From a virus (Duplodnaviria; Caudoviricetes): a stretch of DNA of 40,702 bases. Positions 14,741-25,080 of this stretch are shown one piece after another (positions within the stretch are counted from its first letter, which is position 1; every line of letters starts with the position of its first letter). A program made the position numbers and the translations under genes. A model generated the notes under the pieces. The model was not told the origin of the DNA and searched no databases. It saw only the letters and a program-made list of their open reading frames with translations. The stretch is from positions 1 to 40,702 of the IMG/VR virus record IMGVR_UViG_3300032212_000052; one strand, given 5' to 3'.

Positions 14741-15337
14741 GTGTGCTACTATATACACATGACTAGAACATGCCCTATATGCAATAAAGAACATTCAAGT
14801 CGATCTGGTATGAAGAAGTCTGATGGGTCTTTCTATCTAAACAGAAAATGTTATCAATGTGCTAGGACTCATAAAGGAAAAAGAACAAAGAAAGAACGGT
14901 TCTTTGAGTATGTCGAAAAAAAATCTTTTGGGTGTTGGGAATGGTCTGGAGGTTTAGATAAAGCGGGGTATGGAAGGTTTGGGCTTGAGAATGCCAAAGG
15001 CATTGGCGCTCACAGATATTCTTATGCGCTCCATTATGGCTCATTCAAAAAATCACTATTTGTACTGCATGAGTGCGATAACCCAAAATGCGTTAATCCA
15101 GACCATTTATTTTTAGGGACACATCAGGATAATATGGCTGACATGGTTAAAAAAGGCCGACAGAGGGCTTTAAGCGGCGAAGATAGCCCCGCCTGTAAGA
15201 TCACAGAGGGTATAGCTATAAACATACTTAATAGTCAGCTATCCTATAATGAGACAGCGAAAAAATACGGGGTGTCTAAATCAACCGTTGCCGCCATAAA
15301 ACAGAGAAGAACTTGGAAGCATTTAACGGAGACTTAA
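14741..15337 (+). CDS. HNH homing endonuclease (probable start 14759)
   Basis: GCWEW..GYG..AHRYSY..VLHECDNPKCVNPDHLFLGTHQDN plus C-terminal HTH. Confidence 0.9.
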   Translation: MCYYIHMTRTCPICNKEHSSRSGMKKSDGSFYLNRKCYQCARTHKGKRTKKERFFEYVEKKSFGCWEWSGGLDKAGYGRFGLENAKGIGAHRYSYALHYGSFKKSLFVLHECDNPKCVNPDHLFLGTHQDNMADMVKKGRQRALSGEDSPACKITEGIAINILNSQLSYNETAKKYGVSKSTVAAIKQRRTWKHLTET

Positions 15338-15338
15338 A

Positions 15339-15545
15339 ATGTTCGCTAAATTAAAAAGACTATTGGGTTCTGGGTATGCTGTCCATGATGCGATTGAGAA
15401 AGTGGCCTCTGAAGCCCATTCCACGACTTCCGGAGATACCCGCTTTCTTATCTATGACGTGGATAATGCGACTTTAGAAAGAGTAACGGTGGGTGCGGCA
15501 GATTCTGGTGGTGTGGGGTATAAAGTGTTGAGGATTCCTAATTGA
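15339..15545 (+). CDS. Hypothetical protein
   Basis: GGAG SD; C-terminus resembles a virion-protein tail motif (VTVGAADSGGVGYKVLRIPN). Confidence 0.65.
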   Translation: MFAKLKRLLGSGYAVHDAIEKVASEAHSTTSGDTRFLIYDVDNATLERVTVGAADSGGVGYKVLRIPN

Positions 15546-16519
15546 ATATTCAATCTGCAATGGAAACATTAATTAAGAAAGGGACGCAGGACTCTAACCT
15601 AAAAAAAAATTTCTTGCTTCGCAAATTGAAAAAAGACACGAAAAACCCGAAGTGGGAAAACTCCATGCGTAAGACTTTGAGTGATGAATGGATGCTCCGG
15701 TTGTGTATGGCGAATTTAATGAATCGGCAATATGATTGGGAGGGGTGGGGGCTTCGTGAACCTCGAGACGGACTAATCCCAAATGTTGCCCCTTGGTGGG
15801 ATGGGGGAAAAGTAGACCGTCTTTTAGTTCTTGGTGAGCAGGGGTTAGGCGATGAGATTCTTTTTGCTTCTATGTTTAATGATATTGATTGCCCGAATAT
15901 TACTGTTGAGTGTGACCGACGGCTTATGCCTGTGTTTGAGAGGTCTTTCCCGCATATCGAGTTCATTGGCCGCGTTCATTACAAAGAAGGGTTCTGGGGT
16001 ACTGACGACACTGAAATTGAAAGTCGTGAGTTTGACGCACAAACATTAATGGGAGATTTGCCAACATGGTACAGACGTTCTATAAAGGATTTTCCAAAAG
16101 AGATGTCTTATTTAAAGCCAAATCCTGAAATGGTTTATATGTATAAAACGGACTGTTTTGTTAATGGTTACGATAATGTGGGTGTTTCTTGGGTTGGTCG
16201 GCAAGGAAGGGATAATGGAATAATAAAAATGGGTGGAGTATCTTTACAGTATGGGGAAGAAAGTGACGAGCTACATTACCCTCCATTTGATGTAAAGAAT
16301 GATATTGAAGCTTTGTTTGCTTATATCTCTTTGTTAAGAAAAGTAATTAGTGTGCCAACAACTGTTGTGCATATTGCGGGGAGCCTCGGTATTCCGTGTG
16401 AGGTTGTTATGCCAAAACGGGGTATGGAGCATGGTGGTTTTGATAAAGTGAATAATTCGTTAAACTGGCGCTTCCACGATACAGGAAGCGATTGGCATCC
16501 ATCGGTAAAAATAAAATGA
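15542..16519 (+). CDS. GT-B glycosyltransferase-like protein (GT9/TPR-associated type)
   Basis: WDG...LLVLGEQGLGDEILFAS...RLMPVFERSFP...VISVPTTVVHIAGSLG. Confidence 0.8.
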   Translation: MNIQSAMETLIKKGTQDSNLKKNFLLRKLKKDTKNPKWENSMRKTLSDEWMLRLCMANLMNRQYDWEGWGLREPRDGLIPNVAPWWDGGKVDRLLVLGEQGLGDEILFASMFNDIDCPNITVECDRRLMPVFERSFPHIEFIGRVHYKEGFWGTDDTEIESREFDAQTLMGDLPTWYRRSIKDFPKEMSYLKPNPEMVYMYKTDCFVNGYDNVGVSWVGRQGRDNGIIKMGGVSLQYGEESDELHYPPFDVKNDIEALFAYISLLRKVISVPTTVVHIAGSLGIPCEVVMPKRGMEHGGFDKVNNSLNWRFHDTGSDWHPSVKIK

Positions 16520-16633
16520 GAAAACCACTAAAAGACAGAAACGGCGATCCTATTTACAGTTGCCCTCTTAGTAAAGAGTACAGAGAAAATTTTGATAAAA
16601 TAAAATGGTCTAAACCTACAAAGAAGAAAAAAC

Positions 16634-17251
16634 ATGAAACTAATAAGTAATTTTTGGTGGCCTGACTCTGATAATGATTGTCATAAAGCTGTTTTGGGTG
16701 AGGTGAGTAAAATCGACCTTTTGGACAAATATTTAAAGAAAAAAGACGTGGTTATTCAGGCGGGAGGGAATGTCGGGGTATTTCCGCGCCATTTAGCGAA
16801 TAAATTTAAAACGGTGTACACCTTTGAGCCGGATGGAGAGAATTTCGAGTGTCTTGTAAAAAATTGTCCAGAAGATAATATTAATAAATATTTCGCTGCG
16901 TTGGGCGCTAATAATGATGGTGTTGAGATTGGTGTTTCGAGAAAAGACCTGAAAAATAATTGTGGGGCTTATCAGATTTTAGGAGAAGGCGGTATTTCCA
17001 CGATAATGATTGATGATATGAATATTGCCCCTGACCTTATCTATCTTGACATAGAGGGGTATGAGCTTTTTGCATTGCAAGGCGGTGAAAAAACGATTGA
17101 AAAATACCACCCTGTGATAGTGATTGAGAATAAAGAATTACCCTTAATGTACGGTATTCGACCCGAAGAAGTCGTTGAGTACCTTGTGTGTTTGGGATAT
17201 GAAGTAAAAGAGCGTGTTCAGCGCGATGTGATTTTAACTTGGAGAGAGTAA
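16634..17251 (+). CDS. FkbM-family SAM methyltransferase
   Basis: VIQAGGNVG..VYTFEP..LIYLDIEGYE..ALQG..PVIVIE. Confidence 0.9.
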   Translation: MKLISNFWWPDSDNDCHKAVLGEVSKIDLLDKYLKKKDVVIQAGGNVGVFPRHLANKFKTVYTFEPDGENFECLVKNCPEDNINKYFAALGANNDGVEIGVSRKDLKNNCGAYQILGEGGISTIMIDDMNIAPDLIYLDIEGYELFALQGGEKTIEKYHPVIVIENKELPLMYGIRPEEVVEYLVCLGYEVKERVQRDVILTWRE

Positions 17252-17496
17252 TGGATAATGCGCACGAAAAAAGATACCGCGAAGAAGAAGCAAAGAAGAA
17301 TAACGCGCACGAAAAAGAGTATCTCAGAAAAGAGATTTCTATCGTTCGTGACGGAAAGGAGGGGGAGCCGAGCATTAAACAATTAGAAGGCATGGTAAAA
17401 GATACGAATTTAAGTGGCACTTCTCGCTCTGTGATTGAAAATGCCATAAAAGTAAGAAAGGCTAAATTACTTGAATTAGAGTCAAGATTAAAATGA
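17251..17496 (+). CDS. Hypothetical protein
   Basis: GGAG SD before ATG 17251; internal duplication NAHEK x2. Confidence 0.65.
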   Translation: MDNAHEKRYREEEAKKNNAHEKEYLRKEISIVRDGKEGEPSIKQLEGMVKDTNLSGTSRSVIENAIKVRKAKLLELESRLK

Positions 17497-17999
17497 AAAT
17501 AGTCAACCTTAAGCAAAAACAACTCAAAGAGATACTGTGTTATGATCCGTTGACGGGTATATTCACTAGACTCAAGACAACGCAGGGAGCTTGCGCTGGA
17601 GATGTTGCGGGACACAAAAACAGTCTTGGGTATATAGAAATCTCAATTTCTAATGAAAAGTATCTTGCTCACCGTCTCGCTTGGCTTTATATGACTGGGA
17701 AATGGCCGAAACACCAGATTGACCATGCCGACCATATTCGCAGCAATAATAAGTGGTTTAATTTAGAAGAGGCCACACATCAAGAGAACGGCAAAAATGT
17801 GTCGCTAAGGTCTGACAATAAAAGTGGAGTTGTTGGCGTTTATTGGAGCAAAGCAAGAGAGAAATGGGTTAGCAATATAGCTGTTGACGGAAAAACCGTA
17901 TATCTTGGGATTTCAGAAAAAAAAGAGGATGCGATAAAGCTAAGGGAGCGGGCCAACATTAAGCATGGGTTCCATGAGAATCATGGTAGAGCGCTATGA
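17493..17999 (+). CDS. HNH-AP2 homing endonuclease
   Basis: YDPLTG..YLAHRLAW..IDH...NN..NL; SGVVGV..W..I..YLG AP2 domain. Confidence 0.9.
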   Translation: MKIVNLKQKQLKEILCYDPLTGIFTRLKTTQGACAGDVAGHKNSLGYIEISISNEKYLAHRLAWLYMTGKWPKHQIDHADHIRSNNKWFNLEEATHQENGKNVSLRSDNKSGVVGVYWSKAREKWVSNIAVDGKTVYLGISEKKEDAIKLRERANIKHGFHENHGRAL

Positions 18000-18589
18000 A
18001 AGTGGTGGCCGTCCACTGGGGAACAAAGTATCCCGTTGAATATGTGAATATTTTAAACTCTATGGTGAAGCGCCACTCTAACGCTGAATTACTTTGTTTG
18101 TCTGATTCCTTTGAGGGAAAGGATTGTGAGGTACAAATGCTTGAGAAAGGTTTTGAGGGTTGGTGGAATAAGATACAGCTCTTTAACCCTGAGTTTATGA
18201 AAGGTGAGCGATTCCTTTATTTGGATTTAGATATAGTTATTACAGAAAATATCGACTCTATTCTTGAGAAAGAAGGCGATTTTGTAACAATTCAAGACTG
18301 GATTTATGATACCTATAATTCTTCTGCTATGCTGATGACAGGCGGATCTTTTCCGCACGTTTATAATTTATTCGTAAAGGATAAAGAAAAAGCTATGAAA
18401 GCGTGTCCTCAAGGAGATCAACAATGGATAACAAATTACGTGGATGGCACGACATTTAGCGATAATGAATTTGCCTCTTTTCGCATGAGTGGTTGTGAAA
18501 ATGAACCTAAAGGTAAAGTGGTGGTTTTTCATGGAAAGCCTAATCCGCATGAAATAAAGGGCACATGGGTGGAGGAGAATTGGAAGTGA
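17996..18589 (+). CDS. GT-A glycosyltransferase
   Basis: WGTKY..YVN, GWWNK..LF, YLDLD (DxD), NSS, GDQ.WI, VFHGKPNP. Confidence 0.85.
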   Translation: MKVVAVHWGTKYPVEYVNILNSMVKRHSNAELLCLSDSFEGKDCEVQMLEKGFEGWWNKIQLFNPEFMKGERFLYLDLDIVITENIDSILEKEGDFVTIQDWIYDTYNSSAMLMTGGSFPHVYNLFVKDKEKAMKACPQGDQQWITNYVDGTTFSDNEFASFRMSGCENEPKGKVVVFHGKPNPHEIKGTWVEENWK

Positions 18590-18680
18590 GCGATGAGACA
18601 GTGTATTTTGTATTGTGGATACCATTTGTGTTTGCTGCTGTTGCAGTAATTATTGATACTATATTTTTTGGTCGTCCAGA

Positions 18681-20171
18681 ATGAGTGATTTAGCTGAAAT
18701 TGTTAAAACACTTGAGGAGCTCTCTACTTATCGAGATACCCATAAGCTCGAATTTTATACCCCTTACCCCTTCCAGAAAGCCTTCCACCATGCCGAAGCC
18801 GGTAAAACCTATCCTTCAGGGCATTATGTTATCCCAGATACAGATTACACCTTAGCCGTTCAAAGAGCGTTAATGGCAGCAAATCAGTCTGGGAAAACGG
18901 CAAGCGCGGCAATGGAAGTTGCAATGCACGCCACAGGACAATATCCTGATTGGTGGAAAGGGCAGCGGTTTAATCGTGCGGTAAATTGTGTTGTTGCGGG
19001 TAAATCGAATGACTCTGTGCGCGATGTTGTACAGAATGAATTATTAGGCGATCCATTTTCTGAAAATTCTAAAGGTACAGGCGCAATCCCAATTGAATGT
19101 GTTGGCAAGACGACTCGTAAAGCGGGTGTTCCTAATGCATTATCTGCTGTTATGGTTAAACACGTTTCTGGTAAGTGGTCTAAAATTCGATTCATGGCAT
19201 ATGAGCAAGGGCCTGACCCCTATATGGGAATACGATTTGATGTAGGCTGGTTGGATGAAGAGCCACCACAGGATGTATGGACGCAGTTTATTCGTGGTAC
19301 GATTTCAAGAAAAGAAGGTGAATACACACTATTCTTAACCTTTACCCCAGAAACAGGCGTAACCGAAGTGGTATCAGGGTTTATGAATGACCTAACAGAA
19401 GGGCAGTCATTAATACGTGCAGCATGGACAGATGCCCCCCACATGACAGAAAAGCGACAACAAGAAATTCTTGCCCAACTTCCCCCGCATGAAAGAGATA
19501 TGCGCTCAAAAGGCATTCCTATGATGGGCTCTGGCCTTATATATCCTATCTCAGACGATGAAATATCTATTGAGCCTTTCCATATCCCTGCTTTTTGGCC
19601 TTGTATCTGTGGGATTGATTTTGGTATTGACCACCCTTTCGCGGCAGTTTGGATTGCATGGGATAGAGATAAAGATATTGTTTATGTTTATGATGCTTAC
19701 CGGATTAGTGGCGCTTTACCACCCATTCACGCGAGCGCGATTAAGAAGCGTGGAGGGTGGGTTCCTATTGTATGGCCTCATGACGGTTTGAACACAGATA
19801 AAGGCTCTGGAATCCCTTTAGCTTCCCTTTATCGTGAAGAAGGTCTAAACTTGCTACCAAATAAGTTTTCTAACCCGCCAAGCCCGAACCAAAAAGAAGG
19901 ACAAGGTGGCAACGGAGTTGAAGTTGGTTTGTTTGATACGCTAACTAGAATGAACGAAGGAAGATTTAAAGTTTTCTCTAATTTGTTTGAATGGTTTGAG
20001 GAAAAACGCCAATTCCATAGAAAAACAGTAAATGGAAAGAGTAAAATAGTAGATAAGAGAGAAGACTTAATGGCAGCAACGCGATACGCAAGTCAATCAC
20101 TCCGTTTTTCAGAGGTTAGACCAACACCTAGAAAAGTCGTTAACAAGCGGCAAGGTTTAAGTAACTGGTAA
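18681..20171 (+). CDS. terL: Terminase large subunit
   Basis: Walker A AANQSGKT, Walker B WLDEEP, TFTP coupling motif, nuclease GIDFG..HP, DLMAATRY. Confidence 0.95.
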   Translation: MSDLAEIVKTLEELSTYRDTHKLEFYTPYPFQKAFHHAEAGKTYPSGHYVIPDTDYTLAVQRALMAANQSGKTASAAMEVAMHATGQYPDWWKGQRFNRAVNCVVAGKSNDSVRDVVQNELLGDPFSENSKGTGAIPIECVGKTTRKAGVPNALSAVMVKHVSGKWSKIRFMAYEQGPDPYMGIRFDVGWLDEEPPQDVWTQFIRGTISRKEGEYTLFLTFTPETGVTEVVSGFMNDLTEGQSLIRAAWTDAPHMTEKRQQEILAQLPPHERDMRSKGIPMMGSGLIYPISDDEISIEPFHIPAFWPCICGIDFGIDHPFAAVWIAWDRDKDIVYVYDAYRISGALPPIHASAIKKRGGWVPIVWPHDGLNTDKGSGIPLASLYREEGLNLLPNKFSNPPSPNQKEGQGGNGVEVGLFDTLTRMNEGRFKVFSNLFEWFEEKRQFHRKTVNGKSKIVDKREDLMAATRYASQSLRFSEVRPTPRKVVNKRQGLSNW

Positions 20172-20176
20172 AATTT

Positions 20177-22135
20177 ATGGCCGTAAAAAAAAGACGTATT
20201 AGTAAAAGAGATTGGGAAAAAGTTGCTTCCTTTATTTCTGGCACGCTAAAAAAACGCAAAGACGGTAAGTACCGTAAGCAAGCGGAAAAAATGTGGGCGG
20301 AGACCGATAGACAGGTTGCAATGGAGTCTATGACTCGTACCGCTAATAATCCTGACGAGCAAAACTGGCGTTCAGCCTTAGAACTAGGTGAACTCTCAAG
20401 GGCTTCTGAGGTATTGTCTGCTGAAATACGCCGCATGGCCTTCCCTCAAAACCGCTCATGGTTTGATCCACATACAGAATTAGATCCAGAAGAAAACGGC
20501 GCGGTAAACGATAAAAAACAACAATTCGTTGATGGTGGGTTAAGGTCGTTAATGGCGCAACAACACCTTGACTTTGGCTTCAAGGCGCGACAAGACCTCT
20601 CTATTAAAGAGGCTCTTCATCACGGCGGCTATGTGGTTGAGGTTGAAGAAATAACCATGTTAGGCGCAAGGCCTGACGGAAAGATTAAAAGTATCTCTGC
20701 CCCTGTTTGGGTTCCTCATTCTATGTGGAATTGTTACCCAGATGACGCACCTTCTGCGACAGCCGGTGCATTATTTTATACGGGCAGCATGATTATTTGC
20801 TCTTATATGTCTCATCAGGCTTTATTGGGTGTAAGTGGCGAAGGATGGATAAAAGAAAATATTAATGATATAGAAGACCCAAAATCAAAAGACCACGAAT
20901 TAACGGCTTACTATGGCGATATTACCATTCAACGGAAGGGTGGGGATAATATTTACCTCCCTAATGTAAAAGCGATAGCGATTAAAGATAAACTTATCTA
21001 CTATAAACCAAACGACCTACCTTATTCACGCATTATTTATAATGGTTATGAACGATTAGACGTAAGAAACCCTTATTTTATCTCACCTTTGATGAAAATG
21101 AGTCCAACACAGAAAATCGCCTCTGTATTAGCAAATGATTTAATTGATATAACAGAAAGGCTTGCAGACCCCTCTATTATTTATGATGGAAACGATCCTG
21201 ATTTTGTGATGAATGGCGGTCCTAGCACTGTACCGGGCAGTAAAACACCCTCTAAGAACATGGCAAACTTTAAAGAGGTCGCGCCGGGCGACCCAACGGC
21301 TGTACTTACAGCCTTACAGTTTAATATTGCCGAGTTACAAAAAGGCACATCTGTTGATGCTATTCGCTCAGGTATGACATCATCGACTGAGCAAACGGCC
21401 ACAGAAGTCGAAAGGACACGACAAGGCGGTCAAATTAGAACAATAGACTTCTTGGATAAACATGAACTACAAGGTTTACGCCCTTTTCTTTACCTTCAAC
21501 ACGAGTCGAACAAAAAGAATTTAAAATCATACCAGTTTTACAACCCTGAAACGAACTCCCCTGACTTTGTAAGAGTAAAAAATGAAGATTTACAGCTCAA
21601 CGTACAGTTTGATGTTGTTGGTTCTAAAGGTTTGGTTGAGGAAGAACAACGCCAAGCAAGAACCATGAATGTAACTCGCTTCGCTTTTGAAACAGGAAAA
21701 GGTGACAAGATTGATTTTGACGCTATTATTAAAGAAATGTATCAAGATGCAGGGAATAAAAACCCAGAGCGATTCTTAGTTATTGGTGATGAGCAATCAA
21801 TGGGGGCAAAACTTGAGGAACTGACTACACAATTCCAACAGCTTCAAGAGCAAGCACAGCAAATGCAAGAGGAAAATCAAAGCCTAAAACAAAATGAAGA
21901 TTCCAAGATACAGGAAATTCAAGCTAAGGGCGCGATTGAAATGGCTCGCCAAGACAATGAAGAAGAAAAAATTAAAACCAAAGCAGCCTATGATATGGAA
22001 AATCTACAAAAAGAATACGAGCTAAAAGAAAGAGAGATGGATGATAAACGAGAACTTGAGATATTAAGATTAGAAACACTCAAAGAGATAGAAATGTTTA
22101 AAGAGAATCGATCTAAAGAAGAGAGTGAAGAATGA
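20177..22135 (+). CDS. Portal protein
   Basis: 652 aa immediately after terL; TATEV motif; coiled-coil C-terminal barrel. Confidence 0.85.
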   Translation: MAVKKRRISKRDWEKVASFISGTLKKRKDGKYRKQAEKMWAETDRQVAMESMTRTANNPDEQNWRSALELGELSRASEVLSAEIRRMAFPQNRSWFDPHTELDPEENGAVNDKKQQFVDGGLRSLMAQQHLDFGFKARQDLSIKEALHHGGYVVEVEEITMLGARPDGKIKSISAPVWVPHSMWNCYPDDAPSATAGALFYTGSMIICSYMSHQALLGVSGEGWIKENINDIEDPKSKDHELTAYYGDITIQRKGGDNIYLPNVKAIAIKDKLIYYKPNDLPYSRIIYNGYERLDVRNPYFISPLMKMSPTQKIASVLANDLIDITERLADPSIIYDGNDPDFVMNGGPSTVPGSKTPSKNMANFKEVAPGDPTAVLTALQFNIAELQKGTSVDAIRSGMTSSTEQTATEVERTRQGGQIRTIDFLDKHELQGLRPFLYLQHESNKKNLKSYQFYNPETNSPDFVRVKNEDLQLNVQFDVVGSKGLVEEEQRQARTMNVTRFAFETGKGDKIDFDAIIKEMYQDAGNKNPERFLVIGDEQSMGAKLEELTTQFQQLQEQAQQMQEENQSLKQNEDSKIQEIQAKGAIEMARQDNEEEKIKTKAAYDMENLQKEYELKEREMDDKRELEILRLETLKEIEMFKENRSKEESEE

Positions 22136-22359
22136 GTAAACTAGGTGGAATACGAAAAGATTTTCTTCAAATGGAGGCTTTCCGTATGATTCTTAGAGAG
22201 GTCGTAAAAAACTATCCTGAGATAGCAACCTATGACCCAAACAAAGATAATGAGACGCAAGTTGATTTATGGAAATCAAAATCCGCAGAACAACGTGGAT
22301 TCGATAATGCTTTTAAACTAATTACTGGAATTTCAGTAGGAGACATGAAAAATGAGTGA
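22132..22359 (+). CDS. Hypothetical protein
   Basis: Coupled between portal and scaffold. Confidence 0.7.
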   Translation: MSKLGGIRKDFLQMEAFRMILREVVKNYPEIATYDPNKDNETQVDLWKSKSAEQRGFDNAFKLITGISVGDMKNE

Positions 22360-23017
22360 ACAAGCACAACCTAGCCCTGAGCAGGAAGTAGCCGCGCCAC
22401 AAACTTTAGATGATGTTATTTCTGAATTTAAAGTGGAAGCACCCCAAGTGAGCCAAGAGGCTCAACCCGCGCAAGAGCAGACGCCAGCGCAACCATTGCA
22501 ATCTATTGATCCGTATGACGAGACGCAATTGAACAACTTTGCAAATCAGACATACAAAACTCAACAGGAACTGCAAAAAGAATTACAAAACCTAAAGGCC
22601 GACGCTGAGTCACAGCGACAAGCAGAAGCGCAGAAGGTTATTGATAGAGATATAAAGAAAGCTGTCGATACGATTACAGAAAAGGTGGAAGGTCTTGATC
22701 CTGATATGGCCGAATTATGGCTAGAGAAGCGAGCAAGAGAAAACGAAGGATTTAAAAACATTTGGTTAAATCGTGCAACAAATGAAAAAGCCTATACATC
22801 GGCCTTGAATGCGATTGCAAATGAGCTAAATGGTAAATTCGATTTTAAAGCCGACCCACAACTTGCTGAAAATCATCGTGCAGCACAATCATCTTTACAA
22901 TCAAATAATGCCCCCCCATCTACGTCATTTAATAATTCTCTCGAAGAAAAGCTGGCAAGTGCCGCAAACGAAAAAGAGAGAAAGCTTATCTGGCAAAAGA
23001 TTAAAGATGGAGGCTAA
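22352..23017 (+). CDS. Capsid scaffolding protein (putative)
   Basis: Acidic, Q/P-rich, coiled-coil; directly before the capsid gene. Confidence 0.7.
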   Translation: MSEQAQPSPEQEVAAPQTLDDVISEFKVEAPQVSQEAQPAQEQTPAQPLQSIDPYDETQLNNFANQTYKTQQELQKELQNLKADAESQRQAEAQKVIDRDIKKAVDTITEKVEGLDPDMAELWLEKRARENEGFKNIWLNRATNEKAYTSALNAIANELNGKFDFKADPQLAENHRAAQSSLQSNNAPPSTSFNNSLEEKLASAANEKERKLIWQKIKDGG

Positions 23018-23030
23018 CTAGGAGGCTATC

Positions 23031-24101
23031 ATGGCTACCGTAATTACAAATCTTATCTCCAACGTAACATCCCCCGTCAACTACATGTTGATGGAAGGCT
23101 TGTTAAAAACTGCTCGCGCAAATATGCCATATTTTAATGGCTCTTTAGCGGGCGAATTAACCGAAAACAACGGCGCATACTCTGTACGTTATGAGCGTAT
23201 TGAGAATTTAGCCGCTGCCACTACAGCTCTCGCTGAACCAACAGGCAACACAACTTGGGGTAACGGTCGAGACTCTGTTAATCCAACGGTAACTCGTGTT
23301 GATGTTGCTATGGCTAAATACGGTAATGCAATTACCTTAACGGAAGAAGTAGACTTGATCCAGGTTAATGTACGCGCAATGCGTTTCATGGATACATTAG
23401 GTGAAAACGCAGGTCGTTCATTAAACATGCTTCAACAAACAGCTATCCGCACAGGCGCAACCAATAAGCGTTACGCTAACGGTGTTGCAAGTGATGCTGT
23501 TTGTATCACTTCAATTGCTACTGCTGACATTAAGAAAGTTGTTAATGAGTTGAATCGTAATGATGCCATCATCTTTGATCCAATGAGTGATGGCTCTACT
23601 ATGATTGGCAGTTCACCGATTCGCGCAAGCTACTTTGGTACTTGTCATCCTGATGTAGAAGAAGACATACGTTCCCTTACAGGCTTTATTGCTGTAGAGG
23701 CTTACGCAAGCCATACTGCTACGTACCCCGGTGAATTTGGTGCTTTAGGTGGCGTTCGTTGGTGTCGCAGCTCTATCGCGGCGGTAACAAGTGCGGCAGG
23801 TACGACTTCTGTTGTTGGTTTCCGAGGCGCAGGCACAACCACTAATGATGTATACTCTTGCTTGATTTATGGTAAAGAAGCAATGGGTTCTGTTGGCTTA
23901 GGTGAAAACCACGCTAAGGAAATATATCAAGGCGGTGAACGAATCCCTGCGGTACAGTTAATCTCTCACAAGCCCGGTTCTTCTGGTGTTGGTGATATGT
24001 TTAACGAAGTAGGTTCGCTTGCTTGGAAAGCCTTTCATGGCGGTAGCGTACTAAACGCAAACTGGATTTATGAGTTGCGTGTGTTAGCGGCTGATATTTA
24101 G
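23031..24101 (+). CDS. Major capsid protein, N4-gp56 family
   Basis: KYGN.I.LT, CHPDVEEDIR, GEFGALGGVRW motifs; AGGAGG SD; followed by a terminator. Confidence 0.9.
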   Translation: MATVITNLISNVTSPVNYMLMEGLLKTARANMPYFNGSLAGELTENNGAYSVRYERIENLAAATTALAEPTGNTTWGNGRDSVNPTVTRVDVAMAKYGNAITLTEEVDLIQVNVRAMRFMDTLGENAGRSLNMLQQTAIRTGATNKRYANGVASDAVCITSIATADIKKVVNELNRNDAIIFDPMSDGSTMIGSSPIRASYFGTCHPDVEEDIRSLTGFIAVEAYASHTATYPGEFGALGGVRWCRSSIAAVTSAAGTTSVVGFRGAGTTTNDVYSCLIYGKEAMGSVGLGENHAKEIYQGGERIPAVQLISHKPGSSGVGDMFNEVGSLAWKAFHGGSVLNANWIYELRVLAADI

Positions 24102-24108
24102 GCTAATT

Positions 24109-24134
24109 AGGGGGAAGAAATTCCCCCTTTCTTT
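24109..24134 (+). terminator. Rho-independent terminator after the capsid gene
   Basis: AGGGGGAA-GAAA-TTCCCCCT followed by TTCTTT. Confidence 0.85.
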
Positions 24135-24145
24135 AAGAGGTTTAC

Positions 24146-24370
24146 ATGAGTAAAAAACCAAAGATCCAAAAACCAGTTTCTAAAAACGTGCAAGGATTGG
24201 ACGCTAAGATTGTTATTAATGTCTTTTCTCCCGACCACGAGCCACAAGAATTTAGATTTATCGTTCCTAATATTATAGGTGAGTCAACCCATCTTACTCG
24301 AAGCCCTGAGTATATTGCTTCTGCAATTGTTGCTGGATTACGGGCGAAATACGGTGAAAGGGTAGGATAA
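24146..24370 (+). CDS. Hypothetical protein
   Basis: GAGG SD. Confidence 0.7.
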   Translation: MSKKPKIQKPVSKNVQGLDAKIVINVFSPDHEPQEFRFIVPNIIGESTHLTRSPEYIASAIVAGLRAKYGERVG

Positions 24371-25080
24371 TGAGCACATTCTTAGATGTTGTAAATCGCG
24401 TAATGCGTATAAATACCATTATTGGTGCTGACGATGACGATTTAACGTCTTTCGATGATGTGCAACATGTCGCTACATTACAACTTGCTAAGATTGCGAT
24501 TCAAGCTACTTTAACAGATTTAACGGTAGACAGAATAATTCCTTATGAAGATGCAGACGGTACAATTACAGTCGCTACTGGCACAAGGACATATTCGTTG
24601 CCGGCAGATTTTATTCGCTTTAAGGGCGAAAAGCCGTTTTTATTAAAGCTAGATAGTTCGAGCAATTCTGCTAATACGACAATAGAAATGTATCACGGCG
24701 GAGAAGAAAGGCTACGCAGAGAAATACTTAACTACCGAGAGCAATCCGGTGAGCCAAGATACTTTTACAAGGTTAACTCAACTACAAAGAAGATAGGGCT
24801 TTTTCATGTGCCGGATTCGAGTGTAAATGGTGTTTCATATAGGTTTCCTTACGAGAAATCTATTTATGTTGCTGTTGCGAACGATACGATGCCGTTCATC
24901 ACAGAACAAGAAACAGACACCTTTTCTATTATGGCCGCAAGACGATTCCAGTTTATGTTTACTTCTCAGCCTATTGAGGGGCTACAGCAAGATTCAATTT
25001 ATAAGGTTTCAAAAGCAAACTTAATGGAGTTGCTTCGCACAACAAATCCAAGCAAAGGCTACGGATATACCTACAGATGA
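24370..25080 (+). CDS. Head-tail adaptor / tail tubular protein A-like
   Basis: TFLDVVNRV..; YSLPADF; G.PRYF; IGLF.VPD; position in module. Confidence 0.75.
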   Translation: MSTFLDVVNRVMRINTIIGADDDDLTSFDDVQHVATLQLAKIAIQATLTDLTVDRIIPYEDADGTITVATGTRTYSLPADFIRFKGEKPFLLKLDSSSNSANTTIEMYHGGEERLRREILNYREQSGEPRYFYKVNSTTKKIGLFHVPDSSVNGVSYRFPYEKSIYVAVANDTMPFITEQETDTFSIMAARRFQFMFTSQPIEGLQQDSIYKVSKANLMELLRTTNPSKGYGYTYR

